A stretch of 64,000 nt of DNA from Patescibacteria group bacterium (lineage in GTDB: Bacteria > Patescibacteriota > Patescibacteriia > Patescibacteriales > UBA12465). The stretch covers positions 549,883 to 613,882 of the forward strand of contig JBAZJK010000001.1 of the NCBI GenBank assembly GCA_041651355.1. Direction: 5' to 3'. The notes under the pieces were generated by a model that did no database searches, was not told the DNA's origin, and saw only the letters and a list, made by a program, of their open reading frames with translations. Of the stretch, positions 14,064 to 24,002 are shown in pieces. The position numbers were made by a program, and so were the translations under genes. Position 1 is the stretch's first letter. The number at the start of each line of letters is the position of its first letter.

Positions 14064-17000
14064 TTATTCCCCTCCGCTCCCCCCCATCCAGCCGAAAGTC
14101 TGTTCGATGTTCTTGAGAATGACCTGGAAGACTGATTCTTTCTGACGGGGAGTGAGGACAGTATAGGTCTTAGATCTAGTTTTTTGTCCATTAGAATCAG
14201 TGCTTTCGACCTGGAACTGGTATATTTCTCCGGGCAGGAAGTCGGTCATGATTACTAGGTGATGGCGGGTATAGCCGGCATCAACTGGAGATTCTGAGGG
14301 CCAGTAGTTATCATCCTTGCTGGTGCCTTGGCGGTAATAGACTTTGGATGTTGAGAGCTTAGTAGTGTCCCAGGAGATGATTGTCTGGACTTGGAGGCTA
14401 TTGCCAGCCGCCAAGGCTGAGCTAGTCTTGACCTGTTCGATCAAGAATGGCAACTCTTTGTTGACGGTAGAAAAGGCTTCAATGGTTTGGGAAATGATTT
14501 TCCCAGAATTATCCCGACCGAAGAGGTCGATCTTATAGAAAACCCCCGGTTCTAGACTATCGATTGTCATTTCATGGATAGAGGTTAATTTGCCGTCGCT
14601 TACTATCCTGGCTTCATCATAAGACAAAGTATTATTGCGATAAGGTGTTACTCGCACAGAAGTATCAGTCGGCAAAGAACTAGACCATTTAAAAGAGGCG
14701 GATTCATCATTTAATCTATCGGCCACATAGTTATCGACTTTAGCCGCTTTAGACAGCGTGGTAAAGGTTGAAGGGCTAACATTTAAACTAGAACCGATAA
14801 CCGTCGCTCCTTTAAGCTGATAATTATAGGTTGTCGCTGATTTTAAGCCCACGAGAATAACTTGGTGATCTGTCGAATATACATCGGGATTGCCGATTAC
14901 CTGAGCCCGGCTAACATCATTCAAAGATACTCCGACCTCAGAATAATTAACCAAGGAACTAGTCTTTTTGTTGGTCTCCCAAGAGATGATTGCCATGTCT
15001 TCCCAGGTCTTCACGGTCGGACCGGACACGACTTCTGGCGCTGGCGCTAAACCAGCCAACTCCTTAATGCTATTTTGTTGTTCGATCAAGCTTGATTCCA
15101 AAATGGATAAAGAAACGTTCTGCGCCGCTTGTTTGATAAAATCAAAGGTACGACGCAAAATCTCCGCAAAATTGCTATCATTAGCCACCTGATCGCCAGA
15201 TTTGTTCTCATCCAGCTCTAATTCGCTCGCACTGAAAGTCGGGGTAGTAAAAGTCCCGGTCTTAGCTTCGGAAATATTGCCAGACATATCAGCTGAAGTA
15301 ACGCGGTAATAGTAAGAAGTATTAGGAAAGAGATTGGGCAAGGAAAGAGAATGGCTCGTTACTCCGTCCCGGCTAGCCGAGGTGAAGCCATAGGAATCAG
15401 ATACGCCGAACTCTACCATACTATCTGCCGTTTCATCAGTCGACCAAGAAATCTTCGCCCGATTAGCTGTCAGGTCGCTAATCTTCAAAGCGCTGATTAT
15501 AGGCGGCACCCGATCATTCTTATCAATCACAGTCGCACCGCCGCCCACGTAGACGGTCGTACTAGTAGCCCCAGCTACCAAAGTATCCTGGGTGGTAAAA
15601 CTAAACTCCGAACTGCTAGTCGCATTGCCGTTGCTATCTTTGGAAGTCACCTGGAAATAATATTTTGTCTTCACGCTTAGATTACTTAGAACAACCGAAT
15701 GGCTATAGTTATAGAGAGCGTTAGTCGAAGATGCTGTGTAAGTAGCCACGGCCGTACCATAATCCACCAAAGAATCGGCTCCTTCATCAGTCGTCCAGGT
15801 AATCAAGGCGGAAGTATCAGCCACTTGTTCGGCCTGGACGCTGGTGATTACTGGTGCCGTTACATCCGTATGATCCTCAGTCGTAAAGGTATAGTTATCT
15901 GAAGTCGTCAAATTATTGCCAGCATCTGTACTCTTGAGACGGAAATTATATAAGGTGCCCTTAGTTAACCCGGTCAGCTTAAAGGAATGGCTCGTATTCA
16001 AATTATCATTTGAGACGCTGCTGCCATACTCTAAATCGGACCCGTATTCAAGGCTCGAAGTGGCAGCTTCGTTAGTAGTCCAAGAAATCCTGATCGAGGT
16101 CTCGCTTTTCTCACTGAGACCAGCCTCTGGATCAAAGGTGATGATTGGTGGGGTCACATCAGTATTATCCAGGGTAGTAAAAGAATAGCTATCGGAGGTG
16201 GTGGCATTACCGTTGGCATCAGTGCTCTTGAGGCGGAAATTATACAGAGTACCTTTAGTCAGGCTGGTTAATTCAAAATTATGATCAATATTGGAATTTC
16301 CATTGCTCGCTGTCAGATTATAGCTATCATCTTCGCTATATTCCACGCTAGAAGTTGCATATTCACTGGTCGTCCAATGGATGCGGATGGAGTTTTCTGT
16401 CTTAGCAGTCAAATCGCTCTCTATATTGAAGCTGATAGTCGGAGCCGTACGGTCAGTATAATCCGGAGTAGAAAAACTATATTGAGGCGAAGTGGTCGGA
16501 TTGCCGTTAACATCAGTACTCTTGAGGCGGAAATTATATAAGGTGCCCTTGCTTAGACTCGTTAGCTCGAAGCTATGGTCAGTATTCAGGTTTGAGTTAG
16601 TTTGGCTGCTAGAATAACTTTCGTCCGTACTGTATTCGATGGTCGAAGTAGCTAGTTCACTGGTCAGCCAAGAGATACGAGCTGAAGTCTCTGTCTTATC
16701 AGTAATATCGCTTTCCTGATTGAAGCTTATCGTTGGAGGCACAATATCGGAAGTGGTGGTGAAGGTATAATAAACGACTTCACCATCGATAATATTCTTG
16801 TCTTCCGCCACCCCAGATTTAACGTAATAATAATAGGTCGTCCCGTTGCTTAATCCAGTTAAATTCACTGAATGAGCGGTACTATTGTCACCCAAACTAA
16901 AGCTGGCCGGGCTAGAAAAATCGGGATTTAAGGAATAATAAACCCGAGAATCACCTTGGCTGCTCGTATCCCAAGTGACGGTAGCGCCATCATTACGGAT

Positions 17001-20000
17001 ATTTATTGACTGGACATTAGAAATCACCGGACCAGCCAAAACGGTAAACGACATCCCTAGACCGCCAGTCGCAGTATTAGTATTTGGATCAGCTGAAGAT
17101 ACTTGGATATAATACTCCACCCCCGCTTCCAAATTATTCAAAAAGACCGAATGCTTACCTAAACGGCTGGCGGTATCCATCATAGAGGAGACGCCGACAT
17201 TGGGAGCGTCTGTGAAATCTCCAGAATCATTGGTTATATAGCTAACCGTAGAATTGGAGGGTTCGTCGGTTTCCCAGGTAATTAAAGCTGATTGGGCGGT
17301 AACTTCAGAAATAACAACATTACTGATAACCGGTGGCGTCAAATCAGTCCCGCCTTGACCATCCGGACGATCGCTAATGATATCGGAATAGAAAGAAATA
17401 TTACCGGCATCATCCTCGGCTGTCACCCGATAATAATAGACAGTATTAGTATCTAAATTAGCGTCTAAGACGAAATTGGTGGAACGATCAGTCTGAGGAG
17501 GGGGTAATAAAGAGAAATTTTCTCCATCGGTCGAACGATAGATATTATATTGTTTGAATCCCAAAGGTGGCTCAGGTACCCGGCCCCAAGCGATGAATTC
17601 CCGCCATTCTTCGGTTTCCGTGTTTGAGACATCTTGATATAAGATGTTGGGCGGTTTAGTTGGTAAGACAACCGCATGGGTGCCATTATTAGAAATATTT
17701 CCGTATTTATCTTTGATCTGATAATAGACAGTCGGGGATTCATTGGTAAAGGTCCATACTTTAGTAGCAGAGTAAGCAATCCACTGGCCAGAATCAGCGT
17801 TAACGCCGTCGGCCGCTAAATCACTGCGATTAGACAGCTTCATCTGCATATTATCCAAGGAATCATCACTTACGCTAATCGTAATATCGTTCTCTGCATC
17901 GCTCCGCGCATCCAAAACAAAAGAATCAACTACTGGATTTACTGTATCCAAAGTAAAGGCGTTAGATTCGGAGGTAGAAATATTATTAGCGCCCTCATTA
18001 TCATTAGCCTTAACCCTAATCTTAGCATCGGTTAAATAATGATTGTTATGATCAACTTTCGGATCCCAAGTTAAAGTATAGGTAGTGTAGTCTTCCATCT
18101 CAACATCTTTGTTATCAGTCGCTCCAGCCGAGAGGGTGGTACAGCTTGTCCAGGAGCTGCCATCCCAATATTCAAAAGAGGGGGTGATTTCCCAGGGGGT
18201 ATTGCTACCAGCTGAAGCATCTGGGTCACGAACATCATAGGAAATATTCACCTTTCCATCACTGCCTTGAGAAGCGGTGATATTTTGGATTTCGGGCGAA
18301 GCATTAACCACATATTTAATTTCCACTCCTGATACAGTTGGAGTCAGATCTCCAGCAGAAGCCAGAGTAATCTTATATTGCCAAAAACGGTCATCACCTC
18401 CAGATTTCAACTCGCTCGGCAGAGCGCTAAGCGGACAATAGACTACGCCTTCGGCTTCGCTGCAGTTAGTGCTAGCATCCGTAAAATCATACCAAGCCGC
18501 CCCTGCTAAACCCCCTTGGCTGGAAGCTGTCCGGATAGAAAACGTAACGCCGGTGCCTGAAGGTAAAGTGGCATCTTCGGTAAAACCAATCGATCCCATA
18601 ACATTGGTCGCATCGGTAGTATCGTAGGGGGAAGAAATTAATGATTGAGAGCCTGGATAGAGGCTATAATTTATAGTAATATCGTCAAGAGTCGAAGAGA
18701 ACACCCCGTCGGACGTGCTTAAATTAACCCGATACTGGATGAATTGATGTGAACCTAAGGTGCTAATATCTCCGCCGCTAGCCACTCCGGTTTGCCAAGC
18801 CGTCCAGCTACCATCGCTAGTGTTTGCACTATCACCCGCTCGGATATCAATAGTAATATTTGAATTTGATTTAAGGGTGGTGGTGTAGGTTAAGGTGGAA
18901 AAACTCTGAGCTTTAGAACCAAGGTTAATCGGTCCAGACGTATAAGTTCCAGCGGCATCGTAAACGGTAGAAGCTAGATTGAGTTTGGAAACTCCGGAAG
19001 AATTAGCGAACCACATCGAATTAGAAACCGGGTCGAAGGCAATCCCCTTTTTATTGACTGATCCATAATATGTGGCTAAGCCTCCGCCAGCAGGGTTGAC
19101 CCTGACTATCGTGCCTCCATAATACCAATCGGTAAACCAAACCGTATTGGTTAGGGGGTCAAATTCCACACCAATATCATAAAAAATGCTGATGCCGATC
19201 TGGACATAAGTGCCATCCGTCACATTGACTTTCTTGGCTTTACCGGAGTTATATTCAGCTGTCCAGATAGAATTAGTTAAAGAATCAAAGGCGATACCGC
19301 CGTAGGAGCCGAAGGCTAAAGTTAAGGTTACACTCCTGGTCGCAGTATCTATTTTATAGAGAGCGCCAACGCTTGAAACCCAAACGGAGTTAGTATATGA
19401 ATCGAAAGCAATATAAGAAGTACCCGAACCAACGGTGGCCGTCCCCAAGGAAGCTCCGTCTGAGGCGCGCAATTGAGTAACTACCCCGCTGGAAACCACC
19501 CAAATTGAATTAGTTGAAGAGTCAAACACTGCCCTTTGCGGTGAAGCCGCCACAGTCGAAGTACTAATAATAGCACCGGTTGTCGGATTTATTTTAGAAA
19601 CATTATTAGAACCGGCATTAACCACCCAAATTGAATTAGTCGAGGGATCGAAGGTCACGCCCAGAGGGTTGGTGCCCACGGGATAAGTGCCAATCGTCGC
19701 ACCAGTAAAAGGATTCATCTTAGTGACGTTATTCGATCCATAATTGGTAACCCAGAGAGAATTAGTTAAAGTATCAGCAGCAATGCCGTTGGAATTAGTG
19801 CCAGTAGAGTATGGGCCTGAAATATAACCGCTTAAGACGGTTATTTTCGTAATTGCAGTTCCGCTCCCTGAAATCCAAACCGAATTCGTCAAGGGTTCAA
19901 AAGTAACAGCCGTTTGGTTAGTCGTAGGCACTCCGATATAATCTCTGATCGCCCCCGTCTCCACATTTACTTTTATAACCGAAGTGATACGCTGCAAGCC

Positions 20001-21362
20001 TATCCAAACCGAATTAGTTACAGGATCGAATGCAATAGCCTCTCCGCCGCTGTTTCCGCCGGTTGAATAGGTGGCGGTAATAGAACCGTCACTAGCCTTT
20101 ACCTTGGCCACCGTATCATTCCAATTAACCACCCAGATTGAATTAGTATAAGAGTCAAAGGCCACGCCTCGAGGAGTAAAACCTAAAGAATAGGTGCCGG
20201 TAACCGAGCCATCGGATGCCAAAATCTTTGAAACACTACCCGAATTGTAATTAGTCACCCACACAGAATTTGTCGAAGAATCAAAAGCTAAACGCCGAGG
20301 GCCGGTGGCCACCGTCGAGGTTCCAATAATACCGCCCGTCTCCGAATTAATCTTGGTGACATTAGCTGAACCGCCATTGGCCACCCAGATAGAATTAGTT
20401 GAAGGATCAAATTCGACATCAGCCGGTGCGGAGCCAGCCGTATAAGAACCGATCAGAGATCCATCTTCTGAATTTATTTTTTTGACCGTGTTATTACTAC
20501 TGTTAACCACCCAAATCGAGTTAGTGTGAGAATCAAAAGCAACACCACTCCCGGGGAAATTATAGGTGCCAATTACTACCCCGGTAGCCGGATTAATCTT
20601 AGAAACTCCGCCGGAGTTTAAAACCCAGATAGAATTAGTATGGGAATCATAGGCGCTTAAACCTAAAGAAGAATTAACAGTGTAGTCATTACGAGCATTG
20701 GTATAAGTCGTCGTATTCGTCAGCTCCACACTAGCGCTATTCCCTGTTCCTGAAACGGTGCTTGAAGCAAAATTAGATCCAGCCAGATTGAAACCGGTTG
20801 TGGAGGCGGTATTATCGGTTTGAGTCGTCGAAGCGACGGCTGTCGTCATTTGCAGAGCGGTCCCGCCATTTACTATCTCAAGATTAGCATCTTTGGATTC
20901 ATATTTATTCCAATTAGATTGATCCCCGGGATGCGTAGCTAAATTAGCGCTTTGACCGCCGCCCCAGTTCACTTGATTAAAGGTATATGTGGCCGCCAAA
21001 GTAGTATGGCTGCGAAAATTGGAGACAACTAAAACTACGATCAAAATAAGAGCTAGGGTTTGCTGGCGCCAAGCTTCTTTCCGATACATCTTAAGCAGAC
21101 GGCGCTGGGCAGGAGAAAGAGAAAGATAATTTGTTTTTTTATATTTTTTAAATCTAGAATTTAATTTCAAGAATATTCTTTTCCCTTCCTTTATTAAAAT
21201 ATAGGAATAATCATCTGCCCATCTAAACATCTTTACCATAAGCATCCATAATCTGGTAATATTAATTGCTTTACCCTTAAATAAAACACTCCCCTGTCTC
21301 CATCGAGCTCCAGAGGTCTTAATCCTTGAACTTCTATTTTTTTTATATTTCTTATTAATCAT
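14064..21362 (-). CDS. giant cell-surface protein: N-terminal anchor, about 20 YVTN-type beta-propeller blades, multiple FN3-like modules
   Basis: 2,432 aa from ATG 21362, which lies 4 nt after the upstream permease stop. The track's maximal ORF starts at TTG 21389. Another in-frame ATG at 21089 sits just before the only N-terminal hydrophobic segment (LALILIVVLVVSNF). About 20 repeats of roughly 42 aa share the core D(S/P)xTNS(I/V)WVxN. Further on come roughly 95-100-aa modules of the form ..I.W.T.E.A.S.VEY......Y.......H...L..L...T.Y.F...S.D..GN, which is FN3-like. Confidence 0.85.
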   Translation of the reverse strand: MINKKYKKNRSSRIKTSGARWRQGSVLFKGKAINITRLWMLMVKMFRWADDYSYILIKEGKRIFLKLNSRFKKYKKTNYLSLSPAQRRLLKMYRKEAWRQQTLALILIVVLVVSNFRSHTTLAATYTFNQVNWGGGQSANLATHPGDQSNWNKYESKDANLEIVNGGTALQMTTAVASTTQTDNTASTTGFNLAGSNFASSTVSGTGNSASVELTNTTTYTNARNDYTVNSSLGLSAYDSHTNSIWVLNSGGVSKINPATGVVIGTYNFPGSGVAFDSHTNSIWVVNSSNNTVKKINSEDGSLIGSYTAGSAPADVEFDPSTNSIWVANGGSANVTKINSETGGIIGTSTVATGPRRLAFDSSTNSVWVTNYNSGSVSKILASDGSVTGTYSLGFTPRGVAFDSYTNSIWVVNWNDTVAKVKASDGSITATYSTGGNSGGEAIAFDPVTNSVWIGLQRITSVIKVNVETGAIRDYIGVPTTNQTAVTFEPLTNSVWISGSGTAITKITVLSGYISGPYSTGTNSNGIAADTLTNSLWVTNYGSNNVTKMNPFTGATIGTYPVGTNPLGVTFDPSTNSIWVVNAGSNNVSKINPTTGAIISTSTVAASPQRAVFDSSTNSIWVVSSGVVTQLRASDGASLGTATVGSGTSYIAFDSYTNSVWVSSVGALYKIDTATRSVTLTLAFGSYGGIAFDSLTNSIWTAEYNSGKAKKVNVTDGTYVQIGISIFYDIGVEFDPLTNTVWFTDWYYGGTIVRVNPAGGGLATYYGSVNKKGIAFDPVSNSMWFANSSGVSKLNLASTVYDAAGTYTSGPINLGSKAQSFSTLTYTTTLKSNSNITIDIRAGDSANTSDGSWTAWQTGVASGGDISTLGSHQFIQYRVNLSTSDGVFSSTLDDITINYSLYPGSQSLISSPYDTTDATNVMGSIGFTEDATLPSGTGVTFSIRTASSQGGLAGAAWYDFTDASTNCSEAEGVVYCPLSALPSELKSGGDDRFWQYKITLASAGDLTPTVSGVEIKYVVNASPEIQNITASQGSDGKVNISYDVRDPDASAGSNTPWEITPSFEYWDGSSWTSCTTLSAGATDNKDVEMEDYTTYTLTWDPKVDHNNHYLTDAKIRVKANDNEGANNISTSESNAFTLDTVNPVVDSFVLDARSDAENDITISVSDDSLDNMQMKLSNRSDLAADGVNADSGQWIAYSATKVWTFTNESPTVYYQIKDKYGNISNNGTHAVVLPTKPPNILYQDVSNTETEEWREFIAWGRVPEPPLGFKQYNIYRSTDGENFSLLPPPQTDRSTNFVLDANLDTNTVYYYRVTAEDDAGNISFYSDIISDRPDGQGGTDLTPPVISNVVISEVTAQSALITWETDEPSNSTVSYITNDSGDFTDAPNVGVSSMMDTASRLGKHSVFLNNLEAGVEYYIQVSSADPNTNTATGGLGMSFTVLAGPVISNVQSINIRNDGATVTWDTSSQGDSRVYYSLNPDFSSPASFSLGDNSTAHSVNLTGLSNGTTYYYYVKSGVAEDKNIIDGEVVYYTFTTTSDIVPPTISFNQESDITDKTETSARISWLTSELATSTIEYSTDESYSSSQTNSNLNTDHSFELTSLSKGTLYNFRLKSTDVNGNPTTSPQYSFSTPDYTDRTAPTISFNIESDLTAKTENSIRIHWTTSEYATSSVEYSEDDSYNLTASNGNSNIDHNFELTSLTKGTLYNFRLKSTDANGNATTSDSYSFTTLDNTDVTPPIITFDPEAGLSEKSETSIRISWTTNEAATSSLEYGSDLEYGSSVSNDNLNTSHSFKLTGLTKGTLYNFRLKSTDAGNNLTTSDNYTFTTEDHTDVTAPVITSVQAEQVADTSALITWTTDEGADSLVDYGTAVATYTASSTNALYNYSHSVVLSNLSVKTKYYFQVTSKDSNGNATSSSEFSFTTQDTLVAGATSTTVYVGGGATVIDKNDRVPPIISALKISDLTANRAKISWSTDETADSMVEFGVSDSYGFTSASRDGVTSHSLSLPNLFPNTSYYYRVTSADMSGNISEAKTGTFTTPTFSASELELDENKSGDQVANDSNFAEILRRTFDFIKQAAQNVSLSILESSLIEQQNSIKELAGLAPAPEVVSGPTVKTWEDMAIISWETNKKTSSLVNYSEVGVSLNDVSRAQVIGNPDVYSTDHQVILVGLKSATTYNYQLKGATVIGSSLNVSPSTFTTLSKAAKVDNYVADRLNDESASFKWSSSLPTDTSVRVTPYRNNTLSYDEARIVSDGKLTSIHEMTIDSLEPGVFYKIDLFGRDNSGKIISQTIEAFSTVNKELPFLIEQVKTSSALAAGNSLQVQTIISWDTTKLSTSKVYYRQGTSKDDNYWPSESPVDAGYTRHHLVIMTDFLPGEIYQFQVESTDSNGQKTRSKTYTVLTPRQKESVFQVILKNIEQTFGWMGGSGGE
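15865..16755 (-). repeat. three tandem roughly 297-nt coding repeats (FN3-like modules) inside the giant ORF
   Basis: Unit boundaries fall at about 16160 and 16458. A near-identical core cttgag(a/g)cggaaattata(t/c)a.(g/a)gt(g/a)cc occurs at about 15938, 16227 and 16519. The protein units are PPTISFNQESD...KGTLYNFRLKSTDVNGN, APTISFNIESD...KGTLYNFRLKSTDANGN and PPIITFDPEAG...KGTLYNFRLKSTDAGNN. Confidence 0.8.
18990..20700 (-). repeat. array of roughly 125-nt coding repeats (YVTN propeller blades) inside the giant ORF
   Basis: A recurring plus-strand core cc(a/c)a(a/g)at(t/a)gaattagt appears at about 19499, 19625, 19751, 19871, 20010, 20133, 20262, 20389, 20512 and 20630. It corresponds to the TNSIWV blade signature. 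Confidence 0.8.
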
Positions 21363-21366
21363 GTCT

Positions 21367-22557
21367 TTACTTATACCGCAAAGCTTCAAGAGGATTTAAT
21401 TTAGCGGCCCGGCGGGAAGGATATAGGCCAGTCAAGAAACCGGTTAGGGTAGAAAAACCGATGATGAATAAGACAAACCAGGCTGGACTATAGAATAAAT
21501 CGAGAGCTTGGCCGCCAAAATTCTTTGCTAAGATATTAATAACTATATTAAAAAGCTTACCGCTGACAAAACCTATAAAAACGCCGGAAATACCACCCAA
21601 AAACCCCATAATCACCGATTCCATCAAGAATAATTTAGCAACATCGATATTGCTAACACCGATAGCCCGCATGATCCCGATTTCTTGAGTCCTCTCTAAT
21701 AAAGTAATTGTCATCGTGTTAAACATACCAATAGCGGAAACAATCAAGGCAATCAAGCCAAAAATACCTAGGACGATCTGGATAACTCGGAAGATCTTCT
21801 TTGTCTGATCAATCGTATCAGAAACCGAAGATGCCAAAAAACCTTGCTTGATTATTACCTCCCGCACCGGGTTCAACTGTTCGCCATCTTCGACCCTGAC
21901 TTTAAGACTAGAATAAGCCGGCAAATTTATATCTCCTAAGGTAAGGAGCGGCACATAGAAAAAACTGGTATTATCATCATCGATAACGCCAACGACTTTA
22001 TATTCAACATTAGGGCTGACAATATTCACCTCCCCTTGCCCGCCTTCTGGAACAAATAAGTTAAGACTGACTGTCTGGCCAATCATATCTGACGCCTGGC
22101 TGAAATTAAAAATCTTAGCGCTAGCTGATGACACGATGACTTCCGGGGCATCGCTAGCTGAAAATTCTTTACCCGCCCCTAAATTCAAACCGCTCAAACG
22201 GAAAAAGGGCTTATCAACCACGAAAGCCAAGGCATCGGTCGTTTCATTACCATAGGAAATCTGACCCGACATATCGAGGGCCGGGCTAGTTTCGGCCACT
22301 CCCGGCAAGGCGTTAATCGCCGCTAAATGTTCTTTATCTAAAGAAATTAGTTCTGAAGCCGGTGATATGTCTAAAGTTAATAAGGCATCGGTAGTCGTTA
22401 TTTTATCCAAAATTATGTTTTGCAAGCCATAGCCCAAAGAAACTAAAAACAAAACCGCGCCGATGCCAACTCCCAAACCTAAAACAGTCAAAGCCGTCCG
22501 GCTAGTATTAGTACGGAAACTACGAATCGATAGAGTGACTAAATCTTGTATTTTCAT
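21367..22557 (-). CDS. ABC transporter permease, FtsX/MacB type (4 TM segments, large extracytoplasmic domain)
   Basis: 396 aa from ATG 22557, which is 1 nt after the upstream ATPase stop. The track start is a TTG at 22575. TM1 is followed by an extracytoplasmic domain of about 230 aa. The FtsX C-terminal block follows (TITLLERTQEIGIMRAIGVSN ... LYPSRRAAKLNPLEALRYK). Confidence 0.85.
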   Translation of the reverse strand: MKIQDLVTLSIRSFRTNTSRTALTVLGLGVGIGAVLFLVSLGYGLQNIILDKITTTDALLTLDISPASELISLDKEHLAAINALPGVAETSPALDMSGQISYGNETTDALAFVVDKPFFRLSGLNLGAGKEFSASDAPEVIVSSASAKIFNFSQASDMIGQTVSLNLFVPEGGQGEVNIVSPNVEYKVVGVIDDDNTSFFYVPLLTLGDINLPAYSSLKVRVEDGEQLNPVREVIIKQGFLASSVSDTIDQTKKIFRVIQIVLGIFGLIALIVSAIGMFNTMTITLLERTQEIGIMRAIGVSNIDVAKLFLMESVIMGFLGGISGVFIGFVSGKLFNIVINILAKNFGGQALDLFYSPAWFVLFIIGFSTLTGFLTGLYPSRRAAKLNPLEALRYK

Positions 22558-22558
22558 A

Positions 22559-23926
22559 TTATCCTTTATGGCCAATTAACCAAACCTCTAATCGTTTAGC
22601 TAACTTGCTAGCTAAACGATTGGCTAAACCAGCTCCGCCTTTGCGTAAAGGCTCATGAAATAAGACAAATAATTCTTTGCGGCTGATCTCACCTCGGATA
22701 CGCGCTAAAATAGCTTGGTCTATCACTTTCAAACTTTCAAAATTCTTAAGTTTGATATCAAGTTCGTCAAAGATGGAGCGGCGGATTATCACCTCTTCCC
22801 GATCTTCTTCCGTCATCACTTTTTCTGTCCGTTCATGGCTAGAATCAACTTCAGGCAAAGCTTCGCTAGCCTTCAATTCAAGGGCTAGGGATTGTAAATG
22901 TTGAGCAATCTTGACCGCCGTCCGTTTATCCAAACCTAAACCGCCCTCATCGGGGTTAATATCTAAAAATTCCTGTACTGACTTAAAATTATCTTGCTTA
23001 TAAAGAGAAGCCTCTACCTTCTCCCGGAATAAATCAAAATCATCAGCTGACAAGCCAGCTAAGGCCAAGGTCGCCATGTTCTTCGCCTGAAAAGACCGGA
23101 TCAAGAAGCCGGGCTGATGGGATTTGAATTTAGAATAATGATGGGACAAGAAATCTAATTCTTTAGCATGGGTGCTGGTAGCAAAATTATCCTGGACAGT
23201 TACTTTGTCTTTTATATCTCGATTAACTTTCGTATCGACCAAGCGTCCGTCCTTGATAAAAAATACCCGATGAGCGATATCCAGATAAGTCGGGTCATGA
23301 GTAACTAGGATTACCGTCTTACCTAGACGGATATTGATATCTTTAAAAAGCTCTATAACCTCGGCCGCCGACTTCGAATCAAGGTTACCTAAAGGTTCGT
23401 CAGCTAAAAGTATATTCGGGTTGTTGATTACAGCCCGGCAGATAGCCACTCTCTGCTGTTGTCCGCCTGATAACTCGCTGGGTAATTTATTTGCCTGCTT
23501 GTTAACTCCGAAACGAGTCAGTAATTCCATGGCTCTTTCTTTTCTTTCTTTAGGATTTACTCCGGCAGAAATGAGAGGCAAAGCTACGTTCTGCAAGACG
23601 CTGAGGGTAGGTATAAGGTGGTAGGCCTGAAAGACCATGCCGATCGTATCACGATGATATCTCTCTTTATCGCGACGGGATAAGTCTTTGATATCCTCAC
23701 CATTAACCGATAGTTTGCCCTGGAAACTCTCTAAATTAGCGATAGAATAAAGCAAAGTGGATTTACCACATCCAGATGGACCAAAAAAGATAATAAACTC
23801 GCCCTCATAAATCGAGAGGTTGATATTATCTAATGATTTGACTTCATTGCTCTGGCCAGGAAAATAGGTAACAGACAAAGAAGAAGCAATTATTTGCTCT
23901 TTGATTGTAGTCTTGGTGCTAGGCAT
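22559..23926 (-). CDS. ABC transporter ATP-binding protein (MacB/LolD-like) with a roughly 220-aa C-terminal extension
   Basis: Walker A GPSGCGKST, signature LSGGQQQR, Walker B LLADEP and H-loop VTHD all lie within the first 235 aa or so. Residues from about 236 to 455 are helical and acidic, with no motif I recognise. Confidence 0.85.
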   Translation of the reverse strand: MPSTKTTIKEQIIASSLSVTYFPGQSNEVKSLDNINLSIYEGEFIIFFGPSGCGKSTLLYSIANLESFQGKLSVNGEDIKDLSRRDKERYHRDTIGMVFQAYHLIPTLSVLQNVALPLISAGVNPKERKERAMELLTRFGVNKQANKLPSELSGGQQQRVAICRAVINNPNILLADEPLGNLDSKSAAEVIELFKDINIRLGKTVILVTHDPTYLDIAHRVFFIKDGRLVDTKVNRDIKDKVTVQDNFATSTHAKELDFLSHHYSKFKSHQPGFLIRSFQAKNMATLALAGLSADDFDLFREKVEASLYKQDNFKSVQEFLDINPDEGGLGLDKRTAVKIAQHLQSLALELKASEALPEVDSSHERTEKVMTEEDREEVIIRRSIFDELDIKLKNFESLKVIDQAILARIRGEISRKELFVLFHEPLRKGGAGLANRLASKLAKRLEVWLIGHKG

Positions 23927-24002
23927 GGGGCACGCAGCTTAATTAAAATACCTAAAAATATCTGATTATATTAAATAAAAAAAGTATACTGAGTACACCT
24001 AG

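Noticed and set aside
14344-17779. Cluster of 60-110-aa ORFs on both strands inside the giant gene
   Set aside because: All lie within the 7.3-kb uninterrupted frame, whose repeat architecture is internally consistent. None has independent start or RBS support.
18990-20700. Regular roughly 125-nt periodicity that at first glance resembles a repeat-spacer array
   Set aside because: The conserved cores are only about 15 nt and degenerate. The period is in frame with the giant ORF and corresponds to the TNSIWV propeller-blade motif. There are no invariant direct repeats, no unique spacers and no cas genes. This is not a CRISPR array.
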